Shown: positions 18,570 through 26,711, numbered from the stretch's first letter. The stretch: 64,000 bases of DNA from Candidatus Aenigmatarchaeota archaeon (GCA_043802485.1 JAZDKZ010000006.1:199497-263496), one strand, 5' to 3'. Numbers and translations are program-made. Notes: a model not told the origin generated them from the letters alone.

Positions 18570-18893
18570 ATGGAACTCTCAATAAATGCTGTCATCATAA
18601 TTATAATAGCAATGATAGTTCTTTTGGCAATAGGTTCTTTGTTCACTGGAGTATGGAGCCCCCAGAAACGAGGGATCCAAGTCGAGATGGCAAAGAACAA
18701 CGCATGCCGCATGCTCTCATTATCCAACTGCGAAACAGAACTGGATAAGATAAAAATCAAGGACTTTGATGTGGACAATGATGGAGTTGTAGGAAATGAT
18801 GATGACGACACACTTAAACTGCTCTGCTCTAGTTATTACGGCATGGATGACGAGAACGATTGCAAAACGAAGATATGCGATTGTGAGGAATGA
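18570..18893 (+). CDS. Small pilin paralog C, lacking the KG leader
   Basis: MELSINAVIIIIIAMIVLLAIG. An in-frame TGA at 18546 prevents a longer leader. It has 4+ Cys, FDVDNDGVVGNDDDD and the tail LLCSSYYG...CKTKICDC. Confidence 0.65.
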   Translation: MELSINAVIIIIIAMIVLLAIGSLFTGVWSPQKRGIQVEMAKNNACRMLSLSNCETELDKIKIKDFDVDNDGVVGNDDDDTLKLLCSSYYGMDDENDCKTKICDCEE

Positions 18894-18944
18894 GCCAAAA
18901 GCTTATATATCCGGTTTATCAATAAAATTAAAAGGTGAAAAACA

Positions 18945-19367
18945 GTGAAAGGTATCGAATTACCAATAAACATTTTAGTGATAGTTGCAGTGGCTGTTAT
19001 CGTTTTACTAGGTCTGGTTGCTTTGTACTTTAGCGGCTTCATGGGCCCAGCAGGCGTCATGAATGCGCAGGCAACGAAACAGAAATATTGCGCATCCATA
19101 ATGAACAATCCAATGGGTTGCCAAGGCGGTGTGTATACAAGCAGTATACAGATAAACGATTTTGATGCAGACAAAGACGGGGTCTTAGGAACTTCGGACG
19201 GCGGCACAAGTTGGCATGAAACCGATGCTGTATGGGACAGCCAGTTACCGGTTGATGTTTGCACAGCAGACGACAACGTTCAAGACAACCTGGCATCATT
19301 GCTGGCTTGCTACTTTGGAGCAACATCCGAAAGAAACGCCCTGCAAATATGTGGCTGCACGATATAG
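18945..19367 (+). CDS. Small pilin paralog D
   Basis: The GTG start sits after AGGTGAAAAACA. N-terminus MKGIELPINILVIVAVAVIVLLGL, with FDADKDGVLG and the tail LLACYFG...QICGC. Confidence 0.7.
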   Translation: MKGIELPINILVIVAVAVIVLLGLVALYFSGFMGPAGVMNAQATKQKYCASIMNNPMGCQGGVYTSSIQINDFDADKDGVLGTSDGGTSWHETDAVWDSQLPVDVCTADDNVQDNLASLLACYFGATSERNALQICGCTI

Positions 19368-19507
19368 GAAAATAAGAGCCAAGACCTTTATGTCAGTTAA
19401 AACTGTGATAAAGTAAAGCCTTTTGAGTTTTTGACCCTTATTTTTATTCTTAATCACGTTCAACGGTTTACAACAAACCACTAATACAAAATCAAAGAGG
19501 TGAAAAA

Positions 19508-19804
19508 ATGGCAGAAAACACAAAAAAAGAAGCAGAGAGCAACGTGGTCTTTGTCGGCAAAAAGCCGGCAATGAGCTATGTTCTTGCATGCGTAACACAG
19601 TTCAACGAGGGAAATACTGAGATAATGCTGAGAGCAAGAGGAAGGGCAATATCTCACGCAGTGGACGTAGCAGAGATAGTGAAAAACAAGTTTGTGACAG
19701 ATACAGAGATCAAGAACGTCAAGATAGACACAGAGGAAGTCGAAACAGATAGCGGTGAGAAGCTGAACGTTTCCTCGATAGAGATTACGCTTGGCAAAAA
19801 GTGA
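19508..19804 (+). CDS. albA: Alba (Sso10b-type) DNA/RNA-binding protein
   Basis: The 98-aa sequence [21 protein letters not shown]...[24 protein letters not shown] is typical of Alba. There is a strong SD (GAGGTGAAAAAATG). Confidence 0.85.
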   Translation: MAENTKKEAESNVVFVGKKPAMSYVLACVTQFNEGNTEIMLRARGRAISHAVDVAEIVKNKFVTDTEIKNVKIDTEEVETDSGEKLNVSSIEITLGKK

Positions 19805-19889
19805 TTCAGTTTTCCAGGGGCTTTAGTTTTTTGCCCTTTGCAACCTTTCTTGGGTTATTTTTATATATGCGTTTCCTCAAATAGAAATT

Positions 19890-20246
19890 ATGAAGGGTAT
19901 TTCACTTCCGATAAATGTTCTGGTAATTGTCATTGTAGCAGTGATAGTTCTTTTGGGCGTGATGGCCCTGTTCATGGGAACTTGGTCTCCTTTCGGGACC
20001 TCAATGAGTGCGGAAGCTGCGAAATCAGCAGGATGCAGAAAAGTGATAAACAATTGTTATAAATCGGAGGAAGATCTTGATACTTATACCAAAACTATTT
20101 TGATATTCAATGGTCAAGATGGTCTGCCTAATTTTGACGTTGATGGTATTGATTATGTTGGTACTGGGGTGAATGGAGACAACATGTATAATTTATGTGT
20201 TAAATTTTATGGCGCAAAATGCAGAGATCTGTGCGGTTGCCAGTGA
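19890..20246 (+). CDS. Small pilin paralog E
   Basis: MKGISLPINVLVIVIVAVIVLLGV, nearly identical in N-terminus to the ORF at 18945. It has FDVDGIDYVGTG and the tail NLCVKFYGAKCRDLCGC. Confidence 0.7.
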   Translation: MKGISLPINVLVIVIVAVIVLLGVMALFMGTWSPFGTSMSAEAAKSAGCRKVINNCYKSEEDLDTYTKTILIFNGQDGLPNFDVDGIDYVGTGVNGDNMYNLCVKFYGAKCRDLCGCQ

Positions 20247-20297
20247 TTGCTTTTTCTAATATATATTTAAATTGAGTTATCTATAACAATTGAATAA

Positions 20298-20825
20298 GGG
20301 CTGGTAGATCAGCGGTAGATCGCTTGCTTTGCAAGAAACTTAAATAGAACCCTGCATATCTATATGATATGCCGTTTAAAGACACAAGGGTTCTAAAGAA
20401 ATACAAGCACGAATGGTACCTAAGAAAAAAGAAAGGCCTTCCGACAAGAACAAAACCAATTTTGTCCGATGCAGACAAAGCAAAAAGAAGGCTTGAAACC
20501 AAAAGGAGAACAAACGAGAAAGTTAGGGCAAGAAAAAGTAGCATTTTGAAAGAAAGGCTTGGTGACAAGTGTTACTTTTGCCTTTATGAAAAGAGGTTAA
20601 CTTGCCATAGGAAAGATGGAAAGGCTCACAAACAATTTTGTAGCATGAGTTTAGGTGCATTCAAAAATGAGCTTGACAAGAACGCTGACAAGTATGTCAG
20701 AGTTTGCTTCAAATGCCACAAAGCAATCCATTGGTGTATGGATAAGCTCAAGCTAGATTGGCGTGAAATAGAAAGAAGGTTTCCAAAGTAGCAAGAGGCC
20801 ATGGGTTCGAATCCCATCCAGTCCA
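20298..20825 (+). tRNA. tRNA-Ala(UGC) interrupted by a 456-nt intron (20334..20789) at canonical position 37/38
   Basis: The 5' exon is GGGCTGGTAGATCAGCGGTAGATCGCTTGCTTTGCA. The 3' exon is AGCAAGAGGCCATGGGTTCGAATCCCATCCAGTCCA. It has a G3:U70 pair and anticodon TGC at 20330-20332. A full helix-bulge-helix-bulge-helix motif surrounds both junctions (see finding). Confidence 0.9.
20369..20791 (+). CDS. HNH-type nuclease-like protein encoded inside the tRNA-Ala intron
   Basis: CYFC...LTCHRKDGKAH...VCFKCHKAIHW matches the CxxC...HxKDG...CxxCHxxIH layout of phage-type HNH endonucleases. The N-terminus is basic. The TAG stop (20789-20791) straddles the intron/3'-exon junction. Confidence 0.6.
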   Translation: MPFKDTRVLKKYKHEWYLRKKKGLPTRTKPILSDADKAKRRLETKRRTNEKVRARKSSILKERLGDKCYFCLYEKRLTCHRKDGKAHKQFCSMSLGAFKNELDKNADKYVRVCFKCHKAIHWCMDKLKLDWREIERRFPK

Positions 20826-20827
20826 CT

Positions 20828-21358
20828 CTAATATCTAGAACGAGGTTCTTTTACAAGACCTATTTTTTCTGCCTTTTTAAGCAACTCTTGTTTTTTATTG
20901 TATTCTTGTCTTGTCTTGTCTTGGTTCTGCTTTTCCATTTCCTTTGCTTTTCCAACAGAAATTCTATAGCCTTCTATCACCTTTTCAGAATTTTCTATCA
21001 AATACTTCATTTCGTTTTCCCATTCTCTGCTTGATGAAAGCATCTCTACTTTTGGCAGGTCTCCTTTTATTTGATACCAAAGCCTAAGAACAGGTAATAC
21101 GCCTTTTTTAATGCTTATTGAATTTCCCCCCATCATAGAATGGCCAGTTGAGTGTACTATATTAAATCCATAGAAATTCTTTATTTCCCTGTCAATTTCC
21201 GTGTTCCAAGCATGTTGTTCATATTTTATCCTTTCTCCTGCATCACTTACTTTGTCTACAAAATCAACAATGTTCCTATAGAATTTTTCCCTCTCATTAA
21301 CAGTCTGTTCTAAACCGCCTAAAGACATTTCTTCCAGTTCCTTTTTTGAAACTGTCAT
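20828..21358 (-). CDS. Hypothetical protein (176 aa)
   Basis: This is a clean ORF convergent with tRNA-Ala. I recognised no motif. Confidence 0.5.
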   Translation of the reverse strand: MTVSKKELEEMSLGGLEQTVNEREKFYRNIVDFVDKVSDAGERIKYEQHAWNTEIDREIKNFYGFNIVHSTGHSMMGGNSISIKKGVLPVLRLWYQIKGDLPKVEMLSSSREWENEMKYLIENSEKVIEGYRISVGKAKEMEKQNQDKTRQEYNKKQELLKKAEKIGLVKEPRSRY

Positions 21359-21429
21359 AATAATTTATTATATGGAAAAGGATTTAAGTCTGAAAAATCG
21401 GTTTTAGAAATTTACCCTTAATAACAGGT

Positions 21430-21627
21430 TCAGTACATTCTGCGAAAGCCTGTCTTGGCCTTTCTTTCAATGCTTGTATTTGTATTTGGGTCTGCCAGTG
21501 TAGCCAAACCGTAACCATCGACATTCTCTTCAGGTATAGAATGGTCAACCCTTTTTGGAATATAGGGGCTTCCGGAAATATCTACAATACTCGAAACAAA
21601 TATCTTTTTAATTTTTACTTCTTTCAT
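21430..21627 (-). CDS. Hypothetical small protein (65 aa)
   Basis: The ORF lies immediately downstream of the 16S with its own AT-rich upstream region (CTTTATATTTG). I recognised no motif. Confidence 0.35.
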   Translation of the reverse strand: MKEVKIKKIFVSSIVDISGSPYIPKRVDHSIPEENVDGYGLATLADPNTNTSIERKAKTGFRRMY

Positions 21628-21690
21628 AAAATCACGTATTAACTATTAATCAGTAACAAATATAAAGCTTACGCTAGGTTTGAAAAAATT

Positions 21691-21722
21691 GCTGATGCAG
21701 CATGACTAGCTCTAAAAATATT
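21691..21722 (-). other. 3' half of the 16S processing stem
   Basis: GCTGATGCAGCATGACTAGCTCTAAAAATATT is largely complementary to 23236..23273 (GCTGATG/CATCAGC, CTCTAAA/TTTAGAG, AATATT/AATATT) with internal bulges. Confidence 0.6.
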
Positions 21723-21723
21723 A

Positions 21724-23204
<1,481 letters not shown>

Positions 23205-23235
23205 TGCGGATCTTGCACTTTGATCGTTATCGTTT

Positions 23236-23273
23236 AATATTTATTTAGAGTCTGTCGTCATTACTACATCAGC
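23236..23273 (-). other. 5' half of the 16S processing stem
   Basis: AATATTTATTTAGAGTCTGTCGTCATTACTACATCAGC pairs with 21691..21722, which brackets the mature 16S as in archaeal pre-rRNA. Confidence 0.6.
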
Positions 23274-23451
23274 CAAAAAAAGCTCTTGACCTCATCTTTA
23301 GCCACAAGCAAAAAAGGTTTTTCATCTTGACCTAATGGTACATCCAAACCGAACGCCGTCTCGTGGCATTTAAAAGTCTATTCAGTTGTAACTATAAATA
23401 ATTACCTTAATCCTTTTAAAACTTATCTTTAAAGTTTTTTTCAGAATAAAA

Positions 23452-23940
23452 TCATTTCTTTATAGTCTTCATGAACCTTTGCGGGTTTTTTGGTGATATT
23501 ATGTACTTTTTTCCGTCCTTGGTCTTGATAAGAACAACATCCCTCATGTTGGTTATTATCACCCTGGTCCAGCCAAGGCTCGGAATGTAGTAAACTCCGC
23601 AATAGAAGCTGGCTCCCACTCGGAAGCCGAAAGGGAACATGGTCTTTTCAACGCTTTTGATATCGTCAAGCCTTATCTTGATGAACATGAACGGCGACCA
23701 GGATGTAAGCACACCACCCTTGATTCTATATTTGGTGTTGTAGAAGCTTCCTGTCACAATCAGGACCATCAAAAGCGTGCCAAGCATTATGGCGCCTACA
23801 AAATTCTGCCCTGCCTGCGACTCTAACCCGACATAATAGTAGACAAGAATGAAAATGAAAGCAGTGAACACTGTCAGAATTATGAACATCCTTCCTATCC
23901 AGTGGCTCTTGTAAGGATTATTGACGATATCTCTTTCCAT
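23452..23940 (-). CDS. Membrane protein with a bacterial-PH-like (YdbT/DUF304-like) C-terminal domain
   Basis: Two N-terminal TM helices are followed by YRIKGGVLTSWSPFMFIKIRLDDIKSVEK...VVLIKTKDGKKYIISP, which resembles bPH_2 domains. This rests on motif recall only. Confidence 0.45.
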   Translation of the reverse strand: MERDIVNNPYKSHWIGRMFIILTVFTAFIFILVYYYVGLESQAGQNFVGAIMLGTLLMVLIVTGSFYNTKYRIKGGVLTSWSPFMFIKIRLDDIKSVEKTMFPFGFRVGASFYCGVYYIPSLGWTRVIITNMRDVVLIKTKDGKKYIISPKNPQRFMKTIKK

Positions 23941-23970
23941 TATATAATCATTGCTGCCGGATGTTAAATA

Positions 23971-24237
23971 TCAGACTGATTTCACAAGCTGTCTTTTCGA
24001 AACAATGATGTCCTCTCTCATAACAGTCTTCCTCTTGGATACCTTGGCTATCTGGACAGCTCCCCTGAGCACGTCCATCGCAAACTTCTCTGTCATCCTT
24101 CTGATTTCCTTCTTGCCAATGTCTGATATCTTTATAGAGGGGTCTATCTTTTTCACCATTTTTTTGAAAGGAGCGATCGCAAGTTGTGGCACATAAATCA
24201 CCTTTTTAGACGCTAATACTCTCATTCTGGAAGTCAC
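23971..24237 (-). CDS. Archaeal histone-fold protein
   Basis: LAIAPFKKMVKK...ISDIGKKEIRRMTEKFAMDVLRGAVQIAKVSKRKTVMREDI parallels the HMf-type histone fold (LPIAP...RKT..EDI). Confidence 0.75.
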   Translation of the reverse strand: MTSRMRVLASKKVIYVPQLAIAPFKKMVKKIDPSIKISDIGKKEIRRMTEKFAMDVLRGAVQIAKVSKRKTVMREDIIVSKRQLVKSV

Positions 24238-24321
24238 TGCTTCTAAAAATCCAATAATAACTATTAAGACTCACAATTTAAAAGTCTTACGCTATGAGGC
24301 ATTTGAAAAAGCAGCGATAGA

Positions 24322-24330
24322 TTTAAATAT
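24322..24330 (+). promoter_or_regulatory. TATA-box-like element TTTAAATAT of micro-ORF cassette A
   Basis: It lies 53 nt upstream of the ATG at 24375. The same element sits at the same spacing upstream of the ATG at 24915, and the cassettes are about 77 percent identical over 60 nt. Confidence 0.5.
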
Positions 24331-24374
24331 CATTGATTCTCTTTTAAGATTAGTCAAGATTCGAGGTGAAAATT

Positions 24375-24440
24375 ATGGCAGAAATGAAATTCGATGATGA
24401 AGAAGACGACGACAATTGGGAAGACGAGGACGACGAGTAA
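24375..24440 (+). CDS. 21-aa highly acidic micro-ORF (MAEMKFDDEEDDDNWEDEDDE)
   Basis: GAGGTGAAAATTATG gives a canonical SD at the genome-typical spacing. The ORF is below the track cutoff. Confidence 0.35.
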   Translation: MAEMKFDDEEDDDNWEDEDDE

Positions 24441-24522
24441 GAAGTGATGTTGTTTCTTTCAACACAGGACAAAAAAAAACTTTCCTTTTGATTTTTGTTT
24501 ATTAAAAAATGAGGTGAAAAAT

Positions 24523-24558
24523 ATGGCAAAGAAGAAAGCAGCAAATAAAAAGAAGTAA
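24523..24558 (+). CDS. 11-aa Lys-rich micro-ORF (MAKKKAANKKK)
   Basis: GAGGTGAAAAATATG gives a canonical SD and spacing. A T-run and the hairpin at 24597 follow. Confidence 0.35.
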   Translation: MAKKKAANKKK

Positions 24559-24596
24559 TTTGAACCTATCGATTTCTAACTTTAGTTTTTATTTTC

Positions 24597-24614
24597 GGGT
24601 GTCTGATGACACCC
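24597..24614. terminator. Perfect hairpin GGGTGTC-TGAT-GACACCC after micro-ORF cassette A
   Basis: The hairpin has a 7-bp stem and a 4-nt loop, is preceded by TTTTTATTTTC, and recurs identically at 25009. Confidence 0.5.
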
Positions 24615-24861
24615 ACCATAATTTTTATGCGTGATTCAAATGGATTACAACCCGAGAACTCGGTCTCTAGTTACAAGGTCGCTTGCCGAATACAGGATAA
24701 GAAAATGGTTCAAGACAAAAAAGAGGATTGAACCGTCGCCTGCCAAACTTCTTAGCCAGCTGACAAAGCCGGACGACGGCAGAAGCCTGAAGCTGTTATT
24801 GTGTACAGAAGAATGATATACGAATGGACCAGAAATAATTAAGTTGTTATAACAGTATGAT

Positions 24862-24870
24862 TTTAAATAT
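24862..24870 (+). promoter_or_regulatory. TATA-box-like element TTTAAATAT of micro-ORF cassette B
   Basis: It lies 53 nt upstream of the ATG at 24915. The CTCTTTTAAGATTA block is shared with cassette A at identical spacing. Confidence 0.5.
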
Positions 24871-24914
24871 CCAAAATCCTCTTTTAAGATTATCCAATAT
24901 TTTTGGTGAAAGCT

Positions 24915-24989
24915 ATGGCAACAAAGAAGAAAAAAACAGCAAAGTCAAAGAAAAAGGCAAAGAAGAAAGGAAAGAAAAAGAAAAAGTAG
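24915..24989 (+). CDS. 24-aa Lys-rich micro-ORF (MATKKKKTAKSKKKAKKKGKKKKK)
   Basis: TGGTGAAAGCTATG gives an SD at canonical spacing. A T-run and the hairpin at 25009 follow. Confidence 0.35.
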   Translation: MATKKKKTAKSKKKAKKKGKKKKK

Positions 24990-25008
24990 GACTTTAATTT
25001 TTTATTTA

Positions 25009-25026
25009 GGGTGTCTGATGACACCC
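25009..25026. terminator. Second copy of hairpin GGGTGTCTGATGACACCC
   Basis: It is an identical 18-mer lying between micro-ORF B and the 3' end of the convergent tRNA-His, so it could terminate transcription in both directions. Confidence 0.5.
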
Positions 25027-25049
25027 GGTATAATTTTCTATGAAAAAAA

Positions 25050-25121
25050 GGCCGCAGCCGGGATTTGAACCCGAACCAGGGGCTCCACAGGCCCATATGC
25101 TACCATTACACCACTGCAGCC
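25050..25121 (-). tRNA. tRNA-His(GUG) with an encoded G-1
   Basis: The reverse complement is G-GCTGCAG...CCTGTGGAG...TTCAAATCC...CTGCGGC-C. The anticodon loop is CTGTGGA, and G-1 pairs with C73, the His identity feature. Confidence 0.85.
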
Positions 25122-25160
25122 ATTGATAAAATTTCTTTGTCTTGAGAATATAAAAACTTG

Positions 25161-25958
25161 TTATTTCTTTGCACTGACAAACCAGTCCCACATCTTGGGC
25201 TTGCCTGCGAATATCACATGGTCGCTTATCCCCTTCTTCCACGGGTAGAGGACCTTGGATATCTTGATGTTCTTGAAGCCCGCGTTCTTGAGCCGCAGTC
25301 TGAGCTCGAAGTTGTAATAGAACTTCTGTCTGCAACCATCATCATCGTATATACCTTTCACAAAATCGTACTTTCTCCTCTCCAATATCCTATTGGTCTT
25401 TGCCAAAACTCTCTTTTCATCACTGCAGCTTTTGAACTGCTCGTCCATTATTAGAATTCCCTGGTACAGGATGGAGCCCATTGACGGAAAGATGCCAAAA
25501 AATATACCACCTTTCTTGATTGTGCTGTTTATGGACTTTAGTGATTTTCTGATGGACCTCAAATCAGGGAACAGGACCGAGTTGGCCGATATGACCACAT
25601 CAAAACTTTCTCTGAATTCCTCAAGGTTTTTCATGTCACCTAGAACGAACTCTATGTTCTTTCTGGAGTTCTTCCTCTCAGCTATCCTCAGCATTTTGGG
25701 TGAAAAATCAATACCGTAAACCTTTTTGAAATCAGAAGCCAGGTAATCCAGTATCTCGCCCCTTCCACATCCTATGTCAGCCACCGTCTTTCTCCTCATA
25801 TTCTTGATGCCTTTCAATTTCTTGAACAAAGGATTACTTACACCCTTCTGAAAAGGACTGACAACCTCTTCATGATAGTTCTTCGCTCTTCTGTCCCAAT
25901 CACATCTGTTCATACTATAGAATAAGTTAAAACAATATTTATTGTTTGAAGATTTCAT
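25161..25958 (-). CDS. Class I SAM-dependent methyltransferase
   Basis: Motif I is VADIGCGRGEILDYL and post-I is VYGIDFSPKML, in a typical roughly 260-aa Rossmann-fold methyltransferase layout. Confidence 0.75.
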   Translation of the reverse strand: MKSSNNKYCFNLFYSMNRCDWDRRAKNYHEEVVSPFQKGVSNPLFKKLKGIKNMRRKTVADIGCGRGEILDYLASDFKKVYGIDFSPKMLRIAERKNSRKNIEFVLGDMKNLEEFRESFDVVISANSVLFPDLRSIRKSLKSINSTIKKGGIFFGIFPSMGSILYQGILIMDEQFKSCSDEKRVLAKTNRILERRKYDFVKGIYDDDGCRQKFYYNFELRLRLKNAGFKNIKISKVLYPWKKGISDHVIFAGKPKMWDWFVSAKK

Positions 25959-25980
25959 GTGTTCTTAAAATAAAAATGAA

Positions 25981-26107
25981 TGCGAGGGGCCGGATTTGAA
26001 CCGACGAAGGGACTAACCCACAAGGTTTCCCATGTGCTTCTGAGCATCGCATCCTAAGCTTCGCATCCTAAGATCTTGCGCCTTAGACCAGACTTGGCTA
26101 CCCTCGC
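25981..26107 (-). tRNA. tRNA-Leu(UAG), class II, with two predicted introns (26060..26074 at 30/31; 26027..26052 at 37/38)
   Basis: It has acceptor GCGAGGG/CCCTCGC-A, D arm GCCAAGTCTGGTCTAAGGC, T arm GTCGG-TTCAAAT-CCGGC and a long variable arm. Removing the two BHB-bounded segments gives the anticodon arm CAAGG-CTTAGGA-CCTTG. Confidence 0.75.
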
Positions 26108-26143
26108 ATGAAAATAACTTTCAGATTAGAATATTTAAAAGCA

Positions 26144-26599
26144 TTATATTTCCAGGGTCTCAAGCTCTTCCTTGAGCCTTATGACCTCTTCCTCGAGCTT
26201 TGAGATGGCGCTGTCAGCGACAGTCTCCTCCTTCAAGGGACCAGTGATAAAGTTCTTTACGCCTCTCAGATTGACAAACTCCCTGCTGAAATCACTGGTA
26301 GAAGAAGCAAAGCTGTGCAGAGCCTTTTCCATCCTATCGTCAGAGTCAAAGTTCATCCTGTGTATCTCCTTCCTGACATTCAGCAAACCCTTGAGGTTGC
26401 CAATGGATTTTTTTATGTCCTGCAGACCATAGAGAATCTCCTTGTACCTGTCAATCCTGACAAAGACAGGAGCTATCCTAGGAGCCTCATCTATAACCTT
26501 CTGCAAATCAACCACCTCATGAGGCAATGCAGGTGCTCCCATAGGCTCGTAGAACGGCCTTGCAGAAACAGCTTTTTTTATTTCTTCTAGATTATCCAT
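26144..26599 (-). CDS. Hypothetical coiled-coil protein (151 aa)
   Basis: It is a clean ORF with a C-terminal heptad-like segment (ISKLEEEVIRLKEELETLE). I recognised no family. Confidence 0.5.
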   Translation of the reverse strand: MDNLEEIKKAVSARPFYEPMGAPALPHEVVDLQKVIDEAPRIAPVFVRIDRYKEILYGLQDIKKSIGNLKGLLNVRKEIHRMNFDSDDRMEKALHSFASSTSDFSREFVNLRGVKNFITGPLKEETVADSAISKLEEEVIRLKEELETLEI

Positions 26600-26711
26600 T
26601 TAACCACTAAGAATATTTTCTCTATTCGGTATTTATTGTTTATGTATGGTCCATCTCATCAGTTTTGCCATTACCAAAAATCATAAAAGGCGGTAAACCC
26701 AAAAGAAAATA

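Noticed and set aside
20801-21034. Plus-strand 77-aa ORF starting in the tRNA-Ala 3' exon.
   Set aside because: It overlaps the tRNA exon and the better-supported convergent 176-aa gene, and its sequence is low-complexity Phe/Leu.
24597-24614. The CUGAUGA inside the repeated hairpin could be a hammerhead ribozyme core or a C/D-box (UGAUGA + CUGA) sRNA.
   Set aside because: There is no GAAA / stem II-III arrangement for a hammerhead. There is no separated C and D box with guide regions. The heptamer is simply the loop plus stem of a perfect hairpin.
24631-24816. 61-aa ORF (GTG start; ATG at 24640) downstream of hairpin A.
   Set aside because: It has no SD, no recognisable motif and an arbitrary start. 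It may be real, but I cannot support it.
24350-25335. Minus-strand ORFs 24350..24544 (Ser-rich), 24890..25096 (Phe-rich) and 25006..25335.
   Set aside because: These are low-complexity antisense translations of the Asp/Glu and Lys codon runs. The last two also run through tRNA-His, and none has an SD.
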